DNA of 58,326 nt, counting the filler, from Catajapyx aquilonaris (Eukaryota), in NCBI GenBank assembly GCA_000934665.2. It is 3 parts of 3 records of this genome, joined end to end, with 100 filler letters (N's around TTAATTAATTAA, not from the genome) between each part and the next. Parts side by side here need not be neighbours in the genome. Positions count along the whole stretch, not along the records: positions 1 to 19,352 come from JYFJ02006475.1; positions 19,453 to 38,883 come from KZ539544.1; 1 more part is not named here. One strand, written 5' to 3'. The notes beneath the pieces are model-generated. The model ran no database searches. It saw nothing but the letters and a program-made list of their open reading frames with translations, and was not told the DNA's origin. Positions within the stretch are counted from its first letter, which is position 1. Every line of letters starts with the position of its first letter. A program made the translations under genes and the position numbers. Shown one piece after another: positions 12,749 to 25,012 of the stretch.

Positions 12749-13040
12749 TTAGATATAACTTTCCTTGTGTACATTTTGCAATGATTTTTTTTTTAAATTT
12801 GCATGGAGAAGAAAGTACAGTATCATGAAAGTTTTTATTCCATATGGTGATCATTTTTAAAAATTCGAAAGATTCCTTTCTGCATTAAAGACAAAGATAA
12901 ATACCACATTTTCTGCACTTCATTTTTGTCTTTTTTGATTGATCTGCCATTTTGTCATGGAAAGATGCTAAGTTTGCTCGCCAGAGTGACTTGTGCATTT
13001 TTTTGCTTTCGTACCATCTTTTGAGTACCACTCGAACTTA

Positions 13041-13403
13041 CAAGGGAATCACCAAGGTCGGTCGCCTCTGATTTGGTTGAAACTTGCTTGAGGGGTCACT
13101 CATGTGCAATAGACACAGTGGTGAAGGTCCTAGATGCCACTGTCCATCCATTTCTGAGATATGAGTGACAGAAACATCAAAATTTTTCTGAGCGTATAGG
13201 GGTAAGGGGGCCTTGCCGGGCCCTGCCCTTTCCCACCCAACACCTGTTTGCTCTCCCAAAATTGGGATTTTTTTGTCGCTCATATCTTGGAAACGGCTGG
13301 ACAGTGGCATCTATGACTCTCACCACTGTGTCTATTGCACATGAGTGACCCCTCAAGCGAGGTTCAACCAAATCAGAGGTGACCGACCTTGGTCATTCCC
13401 TTG
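13041..13403. mobile_element. MITE with ~125-bp TIRs
   Basis: CAAGGGAATCACCAAGGTCGGTC / GACCGACCTTGGTCATTCCCTTG; TTA TSD. Confidence 0.9.
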
Positions 13404-13504
13404 TTAGCGCTATTCCGATCTGTTCCATAGCAAGGCAGTAAATAATTAAATCCGGATGTCCAATATATTGGACATCGGGGCTCAGGAGGCTATACGTATA
13501 GTAT

Positions 13505-14124
13505 CAGGGGTCGAATCTTAAATATTTTCTCCACGTCCAAAGTTTGCACTCCAAACTTTTATGTGGAGTGCAAATTACTTACTTGGAGTGCGTAATTTTT
13601 AATTACTGGGTGTATCAATGTTTAAAAGCAAGACTAAGGGCCGGTTTCACCGAGCTTGGTATATGATAAAACCAGGTTTCTTTAGGGAAATCCATACAAA
13701 TAGATAGGGATTTTGAGAAATACCCTGGTTTTATCATATACTGAGCTCGGTGAAACCGGCCCTAACTGTGCACTCGAAGAAGTTTCGAGTATTTTTCCAC
13801 ACATTTTGAGTGAAAATCACTATCTCATGAGTGATTTTCATTCAGAATGAGTAATAATTTCAATCACAGAGGGAGTAGTCTGTCACTTATTTTCACTCTT
13901 CTTTTGAGTAATATTCCACCCTATTTGAGTTAAAGTAAATCTTTGCCAAGGGCAATTCACTCAAAAATAGCCTTTTTCAAAAGTGCTCATTTTTAGATTG
14001 AAATTTTCACTCGAAAATCTTTTAGAGTGGAGTGCAAATGTTGTACTCCTAGCCTCAGTTTGGAGTGCAGATAACAATTTTGGAGTGCAAATTGCACCTT
14101 TGCATCCGAATATTTCGACTCCTG
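13505..14124. mobile_element. hAT-like MITE with two nested elements (Harbinger MITE 13638-13762; CACTC-terminated element ~13771-14029)
   Basis: TIRs CAGGGGTCGAA / TTCGACTCCTG, direct flank TAGTAT on both sides, internal GGAGTGCA repeats. Confidence 0.75.
13638..13762. mobile_element. PIF/Harbinger-type palindromic MITE (same family as 10816)
   Basis: TIR GGGCCGGTTTCACC, TAA TSD. Confidence 0.9.
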
Positions 14125-16039
14125 TAGTATAACTGGATTAGGTTAGGATGAATCGCATAGATTCATTGAACTCTTATAGCGTGCCGCATGCACCCTCCAT
14201 CACACTATGACCCTAGAACGGCTTTCACCTAACTATCCTCAAGTACCACTTCTGATTTGTGTTTCCTCCCTGAACATGATACTATTTTGCTATTAGCAGT
14301 CAGAAATGCATGTCACACAAGACATTGTTCTTGCTTGCACTTGTAAGGCGTTCGTTTTTTTCAACAATTATGGAGTCGCCTCAGGAAACAAGAGCCTCAG
14401 CTATTCGCAAACACGGGTGCCTATAGTTGGCGCTGCAGTCGGCCAAGATGGCGGAGCAAACTGGTTCAAGTGGGAGCGGTTTCCTAGATCCAAGTACGGT
14501 GGCTTATTGAAAGTATTATGTACTTCGAGCCAAAAGCGATATAATTTTTTCCAGCGTTCCAGGCACCATATGTGTGCCCCGTATGTAGTGTTTTCAGGGT
14601 TGTAGCTGCCAATGAAAGTTTCGATGAATTTTTGTACAGCCGCACAAAGATTTTAAAAGGGCGTAATATAAAAAAATTGGGTGTTTTCGGCGTACCTGTT
14701 GAGTTGCGATGCCCGCTCTAGTGTCATTTCCTACGTTTTCAGGGTCGAGAAATTCAATTATGACATTTCCAAACCCCTCAACAATAAACATACATGGTCC
14801 GGACTCCGGAGTACTGTACATTATCACAGTTCCGATCGGAGCTGGCGGTCGTCTGTATACTGCCGCCCACCTCTTCTGCGATGTCGATGGTGGTTTATTT
14901 TTGAATTTATTGTGTATCTCTAAAATACGGAATATTAATATATGTTTCATAAAAGAGGATAATCAAGCGCATCATTTATAATTTTAAAATATCTAGGGTG
15001 AGACGTGGTAGGCCTATTTGCAACATGGGATGTAACTTTTTTCACACTGTCTCTAAAGTACAATATTGCACAATATGGAATCTAAAATCATCACTAAGGA
15101 GAAGCTCTTTTCTTTTCAATTTATTTATATGGGAAAAAATTGCGGATTAAATTCAAATGAACTTTTTCCCAACAAGTGTTGGAATTACCCCGTAGGGGAA
15201 TGCAATATCATAGGGAGGGGGTCAGGTAGAGTTTTATTTACTGCAGATGGGGTAAATGCAACACCTGAACTTATGATGCATTTTGGACATTTTATAGCAA
15301 TTTTAGCCAAATGAGTGAAGTCAATTCATTATAGTATTGGCTATATTAAAATTGTAAAGAACCGGTACATATTTTCTGGGTCAACATTATCAGCAGTCGG
15401 TATGCCAGAAATCTATAAAATAATAAAACCAACATGAAGTTCAAATACAGGTATTAAATTCATTGGAGTCTGAAATAGGTTAATTCCAACATGCAAAAGC
15501 AACACGAAAATTTATGTTTAAAAATCTCTCCTGGAGTAGGTCCAATTGTTTTCCCTTTTCACTATTTTGCAGCAGAGATAAGAGCATATTGGTTGTGACT
15601 ATGTATACAGATAAGGATGTACTGCAAATATTTTGACAAAGTTCATTTTCAGCATGTCCAGTGTCCTTTCAGTCATGTGCAAGTATAGGTGTTGGCACAT
15701 TTTCCCATGAGGTTCGATCTCCCATGCCCCCATCAGGCAAGTAAATACTTCGGGAATAAGTGCAGCGTATTTTTTTTGGCACGATCATAACGCGACATGC
15801 ACCCAAAGCCAAAGTTGCAGCAATTCTTCGCTTCGTCCCCATACTCGGCCTGCTTCCAGAACCACTTTCGGCTGCCATGACTGTAACTCCAGCGGTCGCC
15901 GCTAGGTGCCGCCCACTTCACCCGTGCTTGCGAATAAGCAACCCTCGGTTATTGCTCGCAAGGTTATAATTTGCAGGTCAGGTTCCAACATACTTCCATA
16001 ATATGGCTTGTGCATTTGGATATAAGAAACCTTGGTTAT

Positions 16040-16354
16040 AGGATACTGATTTATGTGCAAGACCCATCTGCTGATATTCTGTAGAGGGTGCAGGGTAGCG
16101 AGCAACGATAAAGTATACAAATATATGGAAAGGAGACAAGTTGATCTGGCTGCCGATTACAGGTATTTGGGGGTTAGCTTTTCATCATCTACAAAGTTTT
16201 TGAGGAACACAACTATAGCCCTATCTAAGGCTAAAGCACTCTCAAATGCTACATTGAGTATACTTCAACTATTGCGGGCAAGCTACCTCTCCGTTGCTAC
16301 GAAAATATTCGGTGCAAAAGTAGCCCCCCTGGTCCTATATAATGCACAAGGGTA
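16040..16354 (+). mobile_element. Non-LTR retrotransposon RT C-terminal remnant
   Basis: KTHLLIF...DYRYLGVSF...KIFGAKVAPLVLYNA matches the YKYLG and P.LLY motifs of LINE RT thumb regions. Confidence 0.8.
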
Positions 16355-16696
16355 GGCGGAGTGGTGCTGCGGTAACGTATGGGCCCACTGATGTTAAGGT
16401 CCCGCGTTCGATCCCAGCCCGGGGACACCTCCTTCATCTCGTGAAGAGTTGAGCGGCCGTCTCTGGCTTCGTCTTGGGTGGTATTTCCTTAGACTAAACC
16501 ACCCGGGGGAGTTCAAACGACCACGGATAAGACATTGCACTGCACTTTGCACATCCCCTCCTGTCATCCTGCCCATGGGCCTGGGCGCTTCAAAAATAGG
16601 ATTCCCAAAAATTGTACCATCGTCAAAAATGAAGGTCAAGGCAGAAAACCACTCAGGGCCTAATACCCAATTAATTATTATTATTATTATTATTAT
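16355..16696 (+). mobile_element. tRNA-derived SINE, family A variant with a different 3' tail
   Basis: A box and B box GTTCGATCCC; body shared with 16713; (TTA)n tail. Confidence 0.85.
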
Positions 16697-16712
16697 ATAA
16701 TGCGCATGTCTG

Positions 16713-17023
16713 AGAGGAGGTGAGGTGTCGCAGCGGTAACGCTCGCGCCCGCGGATATTAAGGTCCCGGGTTCAATCCCCACCCGGGGTTCCCACCCGTG
16801 CAGAGTTGGACCATCTCTGGCTTCATTTCGGGTGGCAATTTCCGACAGACTAAGCCACCTGGGGGAGTTCACAAAATGACCGTTAGAGACATTGCACTTG
16901 CACTTTGCACATCCCCTCCTACCTACCCTGGAGTAATTAAGATCTTCTTTAATGGCTCCAATTTCTAATGGTGGTAATCCACCCCCCTAAAGGATATGGT
17001 AAATCCCAATGGGGTCATGCAAC

Positions 17024-17093
<70 letters not shown>
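16713..17093 (+). mobile_element. tRNA-derived SINE, family A
   Basis: B box GGTTCAATCCC, (AAT)n tail, TSD ATAATG(C/T)GCATGTCTG. Confidence 0.9.
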
Positions 17094-17099
<6 letters not shown>

Positions 17100-17150
17100 T
17101 GCATGTCTGTGACCTGACCCTCTGGAATAAGTTGAACCAGGCTCAATTAT

Positions 17151-17670
17151 ACAGGGTGGTCGGTAAATGGCGCCTAAGCTTCAGGTAGAGCGATTCCTTG
17201 TGAAAAACCAGTATATGGATGTGAAGGTGCTATTGCTCTACGATGTGTGGTTAGAGCTCACGAGGTCTGCAAGTGTGAGCCAAATCATGACATCACATCC
17301 GCCCGCGAAATTCAAACACTACCATATCGCTACCGTATGTGGTGCGTTGCCATGTTGACAGGGGTCTGGTGTGGCCCCATCAGGACTTACAGTGCCAGTG
17401 TTAGTTCTACCAGAGGCTACCAGCTGGGCGGGATCTGGTTCTTGTTTCTGGTTGTTTCAAATTGACGCCAGCAAGTACGCCAAAGGATTCCTTGCAGGAT
17501 TGATTTTGTTATGTGTATTAATCACTTTCAGTAAACGTTCCTACTGATATTAGGTGAAAAAGTTAAACTCAGTTTTTCAATATCAGTTGCCTGAGTTGGG
17601 AATGCTTGAGCTTGAAACTCACGAATTTGCTGTTTTTTCATCCTTGAAATGACCACAAAGGAACCTTTCT
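17151..17670. mobile_element. Tc1/mariner non-autonomous relic
   Basis: TA|CAGGGTGGTC terminus; decayed internal IR ATTCCTTGTG / CACAAAGGAA. Confidence 0.5.
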
Positions 17671-17919
17671 AGGAACACAGTGACACAGTTGACACAGTGT
17701 GAATTAAGCTAGGCATAACCAACCGACTCGGAGGGCATACTGGCAGGATGGGATTGGGGTTGTTGTGGTAGCCTAGGAATTTGTGGTTTGTTCCTCTTAC
17801 AGGTCTGCATTCTTGCATGTGTGGTCAATTGGTCATGGGAGCAAGTTCCCTTGTGAATGCTAATGACCATCATTTGATTTATTGGTTGGCTCAAAGTGTG
17901 TGTATTTATTTCTCCACAG

Positions 17920-18039
17920 GTGTCTTAAAGGAAGTCATTGACAAGTGCGTTGCTGGTGCATCGGCACTGGAAATATGCGAGTTTGGGGACAAAAGTATCT
18001 TGGAAGAGACCGGGAAGGTGTTTAAGAAAGAAAAGAAGG
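17920..18039 (+). CDS. PA2G4: PA2G4 exon 2 ((R)VLKEVIDKCVAGASALEICEFGDKSILEETGKVFKKEKK)
   Basis: ccacAG acceptor, GTTAGT donor at 18040; conserved CE.GD...EETGK.FKKEK. Confidence 0.95.
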
Positions 18040-18106
18040 GTTAGTGATGAACATCTATTGTTGAACCAGCGCATGTATAACTAATGGGTTTATTTCTTCC
18101 ATACAG

Positions 18107-18212
18107 GCATTGCATTTCCAACTTGTGTCTCGGTAAACAACTGTGTGTGCCACTTTTCCCCTCTGCCAGATGAGGATGATATCACTCTCCAAGATGGTGA
18201 TATGGTGAAGAT
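18107..18212 (+). CDS. PA2G4: PA2G4 exon 3 ((G)[34 protein letters not shown]); rest of gene lost at the contig end
   Basis: 67-nt intron with CTAAT branch point; GIAFPT.+[12 protein letters not shown] signature; GTGAGT donor at 18213. Confidence 0.97.
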
Positions 18213-18743
18213 GTGAGTATGCCAGTTCCTGAATTTTATAGCCATGATAAAATGCATCAGCATTTGTGTGGGGTTGCAAGAATTTGTGTGGGGTTGCCAG
18301 GGAGACTGGGAAATTATCGAAGTCTGATGTTATTAATTTTCAACAGTAATGTATTCATATTGGATCTGATATAATATGTTAATAACACTGTAGAGGTGGC
18401 ATCCTATTGAATTTTACCAAAAATCCTTTTACCCGCAAGGTACTTAACATTTGAGCATGCCAGTTAACTGGGTTGGGTGTCATGTCATGTTTGCTTGAAA
18501 ATTTTGGGCGGGTTCAGTGGGAAAAAAAGAAAGCTGCACATGTCACCAGCATTGGGAGCAACCCAGAGATCTGTTTTTCCCCTTTGAAGAGCCTGCAATC
18601 CCAGCTGACCTGTAATGATCATTATGAGGACAGTTAAATGTAGCAACATGTTAAAATATGAAAGTGTTCTTGGGCATATAACATGCCACCACTTGATGAA
18701 GCTGTTCTCTTCCCTTGTGCGCATGCGTCATGAGTACTGCTTA

Positions 18744-18970
18744 GGGGTGGCATGGTGGTGTAGTGGCTAACATCAGAGCCTTCTGCCTCTGAGGTCCCCG
18801 GGCCGGACAGACAGCATTTTCTCATGCGGATAGAGCTTCTCTCTGTGTTCACTTGGGTTTTCCCTGGGTTCTTCTGTTTCCTCCCACAGTCCCAAAATTC
18901 TCTCTTCACCTCTCATTTTTCCTATGCCAGATTCTTAGGGTGAAATTGTGGTGGTTGTGTTAGCCCCACA
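18744..18970 (+). mobile_element. Decayed tRNA-derived SINE with V-domain-like core
   Basis: A box TGGTGTAGTGG; core TTCTCTCTGTGTTCACTTGGGTTTTCCCTGGGTTCTTCTGTTTCCTCCCACAGTCC. Confidence 0.75.
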
Positions 18971-19352
18971 TGCCGCATATATTATTCAAACTGAATTGAA
19001 AGGCCCCTCCCGCCACATCTACTGCCCAGCTCCCATAGTTTAGGCTGTGCGTAGCATAACAGCTATAACTATATCTATGCGGCTACTCGGGATCAGAAAA
19101 AAAACGAAGGGGTGAAGTTTATGGGTTCAAAGAACTATTCTATGCAAAATATTCCTTAGAAACCGTTATAATTAATTGCTAAATTCCCACAATTGAGCTA
19201 AGCTTCATACAATCTCTATCATTGCACATAGAACCTTTTCCAATATAGTGGAAGAGGTACAACAGGAAAAACGGTCATATGCTGCAAAATCTTGCAGAAA
19301 GCAAGCCACTTTGCACAGACGTTCTATAGACCAAGACGATCAATTTGACCCG

Positions 19353-19452
19353 NNNNNNNNNNNNNNNNNNNNNNNNNNNNNNNNNNNNNNNNNNNNTTAA
19401 TTAATTAANNNNNNNNNNNNNNNNNNNNNNNNNNNNNNNNNNNNNNNNNNNN
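19353..19452. other. Artificial contig-joining linker N44-TTAATTAATTAA-N44
   Basis: Exactly 100 nt, six-frame stop cassette; identical linker at 38884-38983. Confidence 0.97.
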
Positions 19453-19570
19453 GCACATATTGTGCACTTACCCCGGGTGTGCACTTCCCCCACTTCCCCC
19501 TACATTAAATTCATGAAATAAGTAAATAAATACATTAAATACATTCAATCAATACGGTACATTAAATACA

Positions 19571-19574
<4 letters not shown>

Positions 19575-19638
<64 letters not shown>

Positions 19639-19766
19639 ATACAAAGTTTGTTTGTCCCGTTCCCCCCATCGCCCGATGCACCATATCACCCGGGTGCCAT
19701 ATCACCCTGGTACCAAGGGAACCGTCACCCATTTTCCCCCGTGCGAAGAACGGGTATCGCAGCTAA
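19575..19766 (+). mobile_element. (TAAA)n microsatellite followed by a short Helitron-like element
   Basis: (TTTG)n near start; 3' hairpin CCCGTGCGAAGAACGGG followed by CTAA. Confidence 0.55.
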
Positions 19767-21109
19767 TAGCTAGATAATAAATAGAAAATATAAATGTAAA
19801 TTTAATTAATCAAAATATATAATTAATTAATCCAAAATAATAAAATTACTTCATTAAATATATAATATTATGAAAGTAAATAATAATAAAATAATCATAA
19901 TAAAATTCATTCCGAAATAAATATATTATAATAAAAATTAAATAATTAAATAAATAAAATGAATGAATGAAAGGACTACATTACTGTCATAGCTATTTGA
20001 ATACTATGAAATGCTAGTACTGTAATTTTCAAGATTAATAATTAATCTATATAGGCTGGGTGTGTTCCGGTTCCAGGCAACCGTCAGCGTAACCAGGGTA
20101 TGTCCCGGAGACAAAATCCGGGTCTGCCCATCCAGATGGAAGGGAAGAGGTTCCTTGGGGAGCTGGAGGGTGTCCGGGGAGTAGTGGAAGGAAGTGGGGG
20201 GTGGAGAGAAGTATTAGCCCACCCTCAAAAAAAGAACCTTGAGATCCTAAGGCATTGTACCGCCTTCTGTAATCCTAGTTACTGATCCGGTAACCCGCTC
20301 ACGTGCAAAGCCCTGAGCCTTGGCTACAGGATGCTCAGATTGTAATCAGATTTGCCAAAGATTTTCTTACTTCCGGGGGAGGGAGGGGGCGGGGGGGAGG
20401 GAAGAGTAAAAAAATGGCGGCCATTTTGGATGTCAGTCCTCAACAGTTCTGCTTATTTTCCGGTCCAGTTATGTTATCCATTCCCTGGTAGGATATGATT
20501 TTGGCAAGGCACGATGCCTTAGTTGCCTAAGCTCACCTTAGAAAGCATTGGCTCTATATTCAAATTGCGAAAAAAATACAATCATCGCCCACTATGAACA
20601 ATCCCCTATTTAAAATGTATGGTGTTCACCTAGTGCTAAACAAGATTTGCATGGCAATGTTTTCCAAGATGGAGGAGGACTAGATGATGCCACATTTATC
20701 AAGTGGGGAAGAGCAGGCAACGACGCAATTTCCGGGCGCCATTACTAAGGAGGGCTGCTTTTAAAGCTCGATGCATATGGAGGAGGTTAAGATTGGTAGG
20801 GTGTGAAGAGGGAGGGGGGATTCCATTTTCAATTAACGGGAGTCGGGAGATGAGGTGTCATCAGATTGTACACATCATTCCACCTGATGTCACCAGGGTT
20901 GCCAAATTTTTCCGAAAATTATGCGAATATTTGACGCCATATAGGCTATATCAGTTAAGTCTGTCATTTTCATTAGCCTACATGATATTCTTAAGTTTTA
21001 AGACGTTAATTTCCAGAATTTATTAATTTGTTAATTTTTGTAGTTTAAAAGGTAAGTTATTTATTATTGTTTGGAGTTTAGGAAGTTATTTATTGTTTGT
21101 ATTGTAAAA

Positions 21110-21660
21110 ATTGATTTATTTATTCATTGTACCAATTTATTTATTCATTGTAACAATTTATTTATTTATTGTAACAATTTATTTATTCATTGTAACAATT
21201 TATTTATTGCAACAATTTATTTATTCATTGTAACAATTTATTTATTGCAATGTAAAAAATAATTAATTAAATTAATTCATAGGTTGTAATGTAGTCTAAA
21301 TTTTTAGCCTAATTAAATTATTATATAGTTTGTAATATAAATTTTATTTATTGTAATGTAAAAATTAATTAATGCATAATTCATAATTAATATTCATAAT
21401 TCACAGGTTGTAATGTAAATTTTTACCCTAATTTAATTATTTAATTGTTTGTAATATAAAAAGTACTCGTACCATATTATTTTGAATATAAAAATGTATT
21501 AATTTTGAATATAAAAATGTATTAATTTTGAATATAAAAATGTATTAATTTTGAATATAAAAATGTATTAATTTTGAATATAAACATTGATTAATTTTGC
21601 AATGTACAAATTTATTAATTTTGCAATATACAAATTTATTAAATTTTCGCAATACACAAA
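21110..21660. repeat. AT-rich minisatellites
   Basis: ~21-bp TTTATTTATTCATTGTAACAA units (21110-21260) and 23-bp TTTTGAATATAAAAATGTATTAA units (~21480-21660). Confidence 0.9.
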
Positions 21661-22564
21661 ATAATTTATTTCATTCATAGATTAAAGTACTGTAACAAAA
21701 TCAGGTTGTGAACACGACACAACAACAGGTCTTGTTTTAATCATGGCATTTTTCACTGTTTTTTTTTGGTTTGAAAAATTAATTCGGCTTTTGAGCCTTT
21801 GTGCGGCTCTCTATATAACATTCACTGACAAAATTACCTGTACTCGAAAACAATCGCGTTTTTTTGTGCAAAAATAGCCACCTCATATTGTTGGCATTTG
21901 CATCAAATTGACTCATTTGAATGTATGTACAACTAGCCGCCTGTTGTCGGCGTTTATCAAGTACATCCTACAGTATAATATTAATTAGCCAATATCAATA
22001 ATTTTGTCGGGATGGAATTATTAGCGTCTATTTTTTTTAAACCACCCGTAGAGTCCAAATAGTGCATTCAACTTTGGCTGATAATAAGTTCCGCCCTAAT
22101 TAATTGGAAGCGTTTTAATATCGGAGACAAACAAATTTTGCCATTCCCGCTTTTCTATTCGCGAATTAAATACGTCGCTCATTAGTTTTTCAGCTAATAG
22201 ATGTGTGTAAACAAGCGCATATTAATTGCCCTTGCCGGTCGCGCTATTCAAACGTCTTCAAAGCAAAGTTTTATGGCGACAATCGACTATTGAAAGCAAA
22301 TGAAAGTAATTAGCAAAAGAACTAATGAAAATGATTAACAATTTTAGAAAATATATGAAAATTAAAACTCATAAAATGAGGACACATTAATAGAAATAAC
22401 TACAAAAATGCATATATACATTATATACCTGTACATTAATTAAATAAATAATATATACACAAATACTCGTAGCCTACACATAATTATAACAAAATAATTA
22501 AAATGAATAAATATAAATATAAATTAATTCGCAAATAAATAGCATTTTAATATATACATAATAA

Positions 22565-22782
22565 CCGAAGCAGTGGTAGCGGAGGGGATATGGTATCCGA
22601 CTGCTAATCGGGAGGTCCTGGGTTCGAATCCCCGTGGCCGCCGACCCTGACCGTGGTTTTCTGTGGTTTCTCATGGTCTCACCAGGAAAATTCCGGGGTC
22701 GTGTCCGTAATTATAGGCCACAGCCATCTCGACCTTTTTGTCGAAGAGTGTACCGTGCGTGAGCCCCTGTACACCCAAAATA
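22565..22782 (+). mobile_element. tRNA-derived SINE, family B
   Basis: Head ACCGAAGCA...CGACTGCTAATCGGGAGGTCCTGGGTTCGAATC; core GGTTTTCTGTGG...CCAGG...ATAGGCCACAGCC shared with 29118 and ~27380-27480. Confidence 0.85.
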
Positions 22783-23914
22783 TCACTTACTGGACCCTGT
22801 AATTGACCGGAGCATGCATGCAACTTGCGATGCACTTTGGAACCCTGATCGATTTACCCACCACTCGGGATTGCGAAACTTTAATCGCCTCTGCCTCTCC
22901 CTCTCACGTCGCCATTTTCGAGCCCGCCTGAAAACGCACGCGACCTCGTGCCTCTCTCCACGCAACGCTTGCTAGAGAGGGGCGTGAATGGTTGGAAGGG
23001 CGTTTGAAGTATGATGCACAGGAAATGCGTATCGGGTCGTGGCGTCAGGACAAAAGGCCCCCTTCCAATCGTTCATCTTCGTCTGTGAAGTGCCTTTGTA
23101 ACAATACCTCACCTCCCACCCTCTCCAGACCCCCTCCCACAATGGCAGCAGATTCATTGATTCAATACTTGTAGAGCTTCCAGAATGTTCTAATCTTGCA
23201 TAGATCAGATGTCGTCTGGAATTTTTGTGGATTCGTTTTGGAAAAGTTTGCCAAAGTTTTAATCTCGACTTACGGTACACTACATAGCAAATTATACGAC
23301 CGATGGATAACACTACTATAGTGTTTCGCTCAAGAAGATGGTGACTACTTTTTTTTCTTTTTCTTTCTTTTTGCTTCAATGCGAAATGCACTGAATTTCT
23401 TTTGAACGACTTAGTTCATCATATCACTTTCCTTCTAAATTAATATTTACAGTTTAAAATTTTTGTGTTATTTTATTTGTTCCATATTTTCTTTACGTGT
23501 AATCTATTATTTTATTATTATCAATCTTGTTTATTTCCATTATATATTATTTATTTTTGTGCATTATTTTAATTTTTAAATATTATTTTGTATATTATTT
23601 TTGTACATTATTGTTGTACCTTATTATAATTTTTAAATATTTTTTGTATATAATTTTTGTACATTATTTTAATTGTTAAATATTATCTTTGGATATTACT
23701 TTTGTACATTATTTTAATTTTTAAATATTATTTTTGTGTATTATTTTTGTAGGCCTATATTATTTTAATTTTTAAATGTAAATATTAAAATAATACACAA
23801 AAATAATATTTAAAAATTAAAATAATGTACAAAAATCTTGTATGGAATTTTTGTACCTTATTTATATTACAGAATATATTATTGTTAATTTCATCTCATT
23901 ATAATATAACATTT

Positions 23915-23915
23915 A

Positions 23916-23988
<73 letters not shown>

Positions 23989-24321
23989 CCCCGTGCTAGG
24001 CATCAAAGGCCTCTTTGGGGGGTGGCACACCACCATCAGTTTTCTCTGTGTATTACACTTTTCTTCATTCACCGGTGCAAGGAGTCAAGGATGTCGGGTA
24101 GGGGTAGGGATTTTTTGGGGAGGGAACATAGGTGCAAGTGCAATGTCTACAAATGGGTCATGTGCTGTCCCCCAGGAGGTCAGGTTGCCAGACACCTCCT
24201 CGGTGCAGGTCAAAGACCCTCCTGACGCAGGTGAAAGGAAAGTTCCCCAGGCGGGGATCGAACCTGGGGCCTTTCACTCAGCAAGCCGTGACGTTACCAT
24301 CACGGCCACCACACCTCCCCC
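23915..24321 (-). mobile_element. tRNA-derived SINE, family C, with long (AAT)n tail
   Basis: Minus-strand B box GGTTCGATCCC, CATTGCACTTGCAC module, shared 3' module, flanking ATAACATTT repeats. Confidence 0.85.
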
Positions 24322-24739
24322 TAATAACATTTTAATTAATCTTATTACATTTTTTGGCAGGTGTTTGAGTCATATACATCGTTTCTCAAAGTGTGAAAAA
24401 ACCGTGGTTTAATAATGATAAAACTCGTGTCGGTCTTTTTTGACGTTTGGTCTTATCTCTTCCAAGTCCTTTTTTTCCTTCACCTTCCGTCTCCCCCTTC
24501 TCATTCTCCTTAGGTACCCATTACCTAAGTGGCCCATTTCCCGGATGATGATTGGCTCCTTCTCAAACACCCCAGAATCCATTGGGTTCAAGAGAAAGAG
24601 ACTGAGAAAAAAGGGAGACGTCTAAGACACGAGTTTCAACCGGTTTCAACAGTCAGATACAGTGTTTGACAGATGAGGATCATCGTCTCATAAAGCAGAT
24701 CAGTTCGTGTGGATCATACAGGCAGAACGATCAATGTTA

Positions 24740-25012
24740 CACTCTTAACCATTTACCTTCTCTAGAGAGGGTAAGAAAGTGGCCATTTTTTACCTTACAT
24801 TGTAGGGTAAATATTCTTGGGTAAATTGATTCTAAGGTAAATTTTGCATGTATTACCTTAGAAAATCGAGGGTAAAAAGGGGCCTCTTTTTTACCCTCTA
24901 TTTTCTAAGGTAATACATGCATAATTTACCTTAGAATCAATTTACCCTACAATGTAAGGTAAAAAATTGCCACTTTCTTACCCTCTCTAGAGAAGGTAAA
25001 TGGTTAAGAGTG
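24740..25012. mobile_element. Palindromic MITE with CACTC termini (CMC/EnSpm-like)
   Basis: TA|CACTCTTAACCATTTACC ... GGTAAATGGTTAAGAGTG|TA; near-perfect fold-back. Confidence 0.9.

Noticed and set aside
22043..22085. miR-100/miR-99-like start ACCCGTAGA
   Set aside because: Diverges after the seed region and lacks a complementary star arm
23825..24412. 195-aa ORF with poly-Leu
   Set aside because: Artefact of an (TTA)n microsatellite plus an antisense SINE
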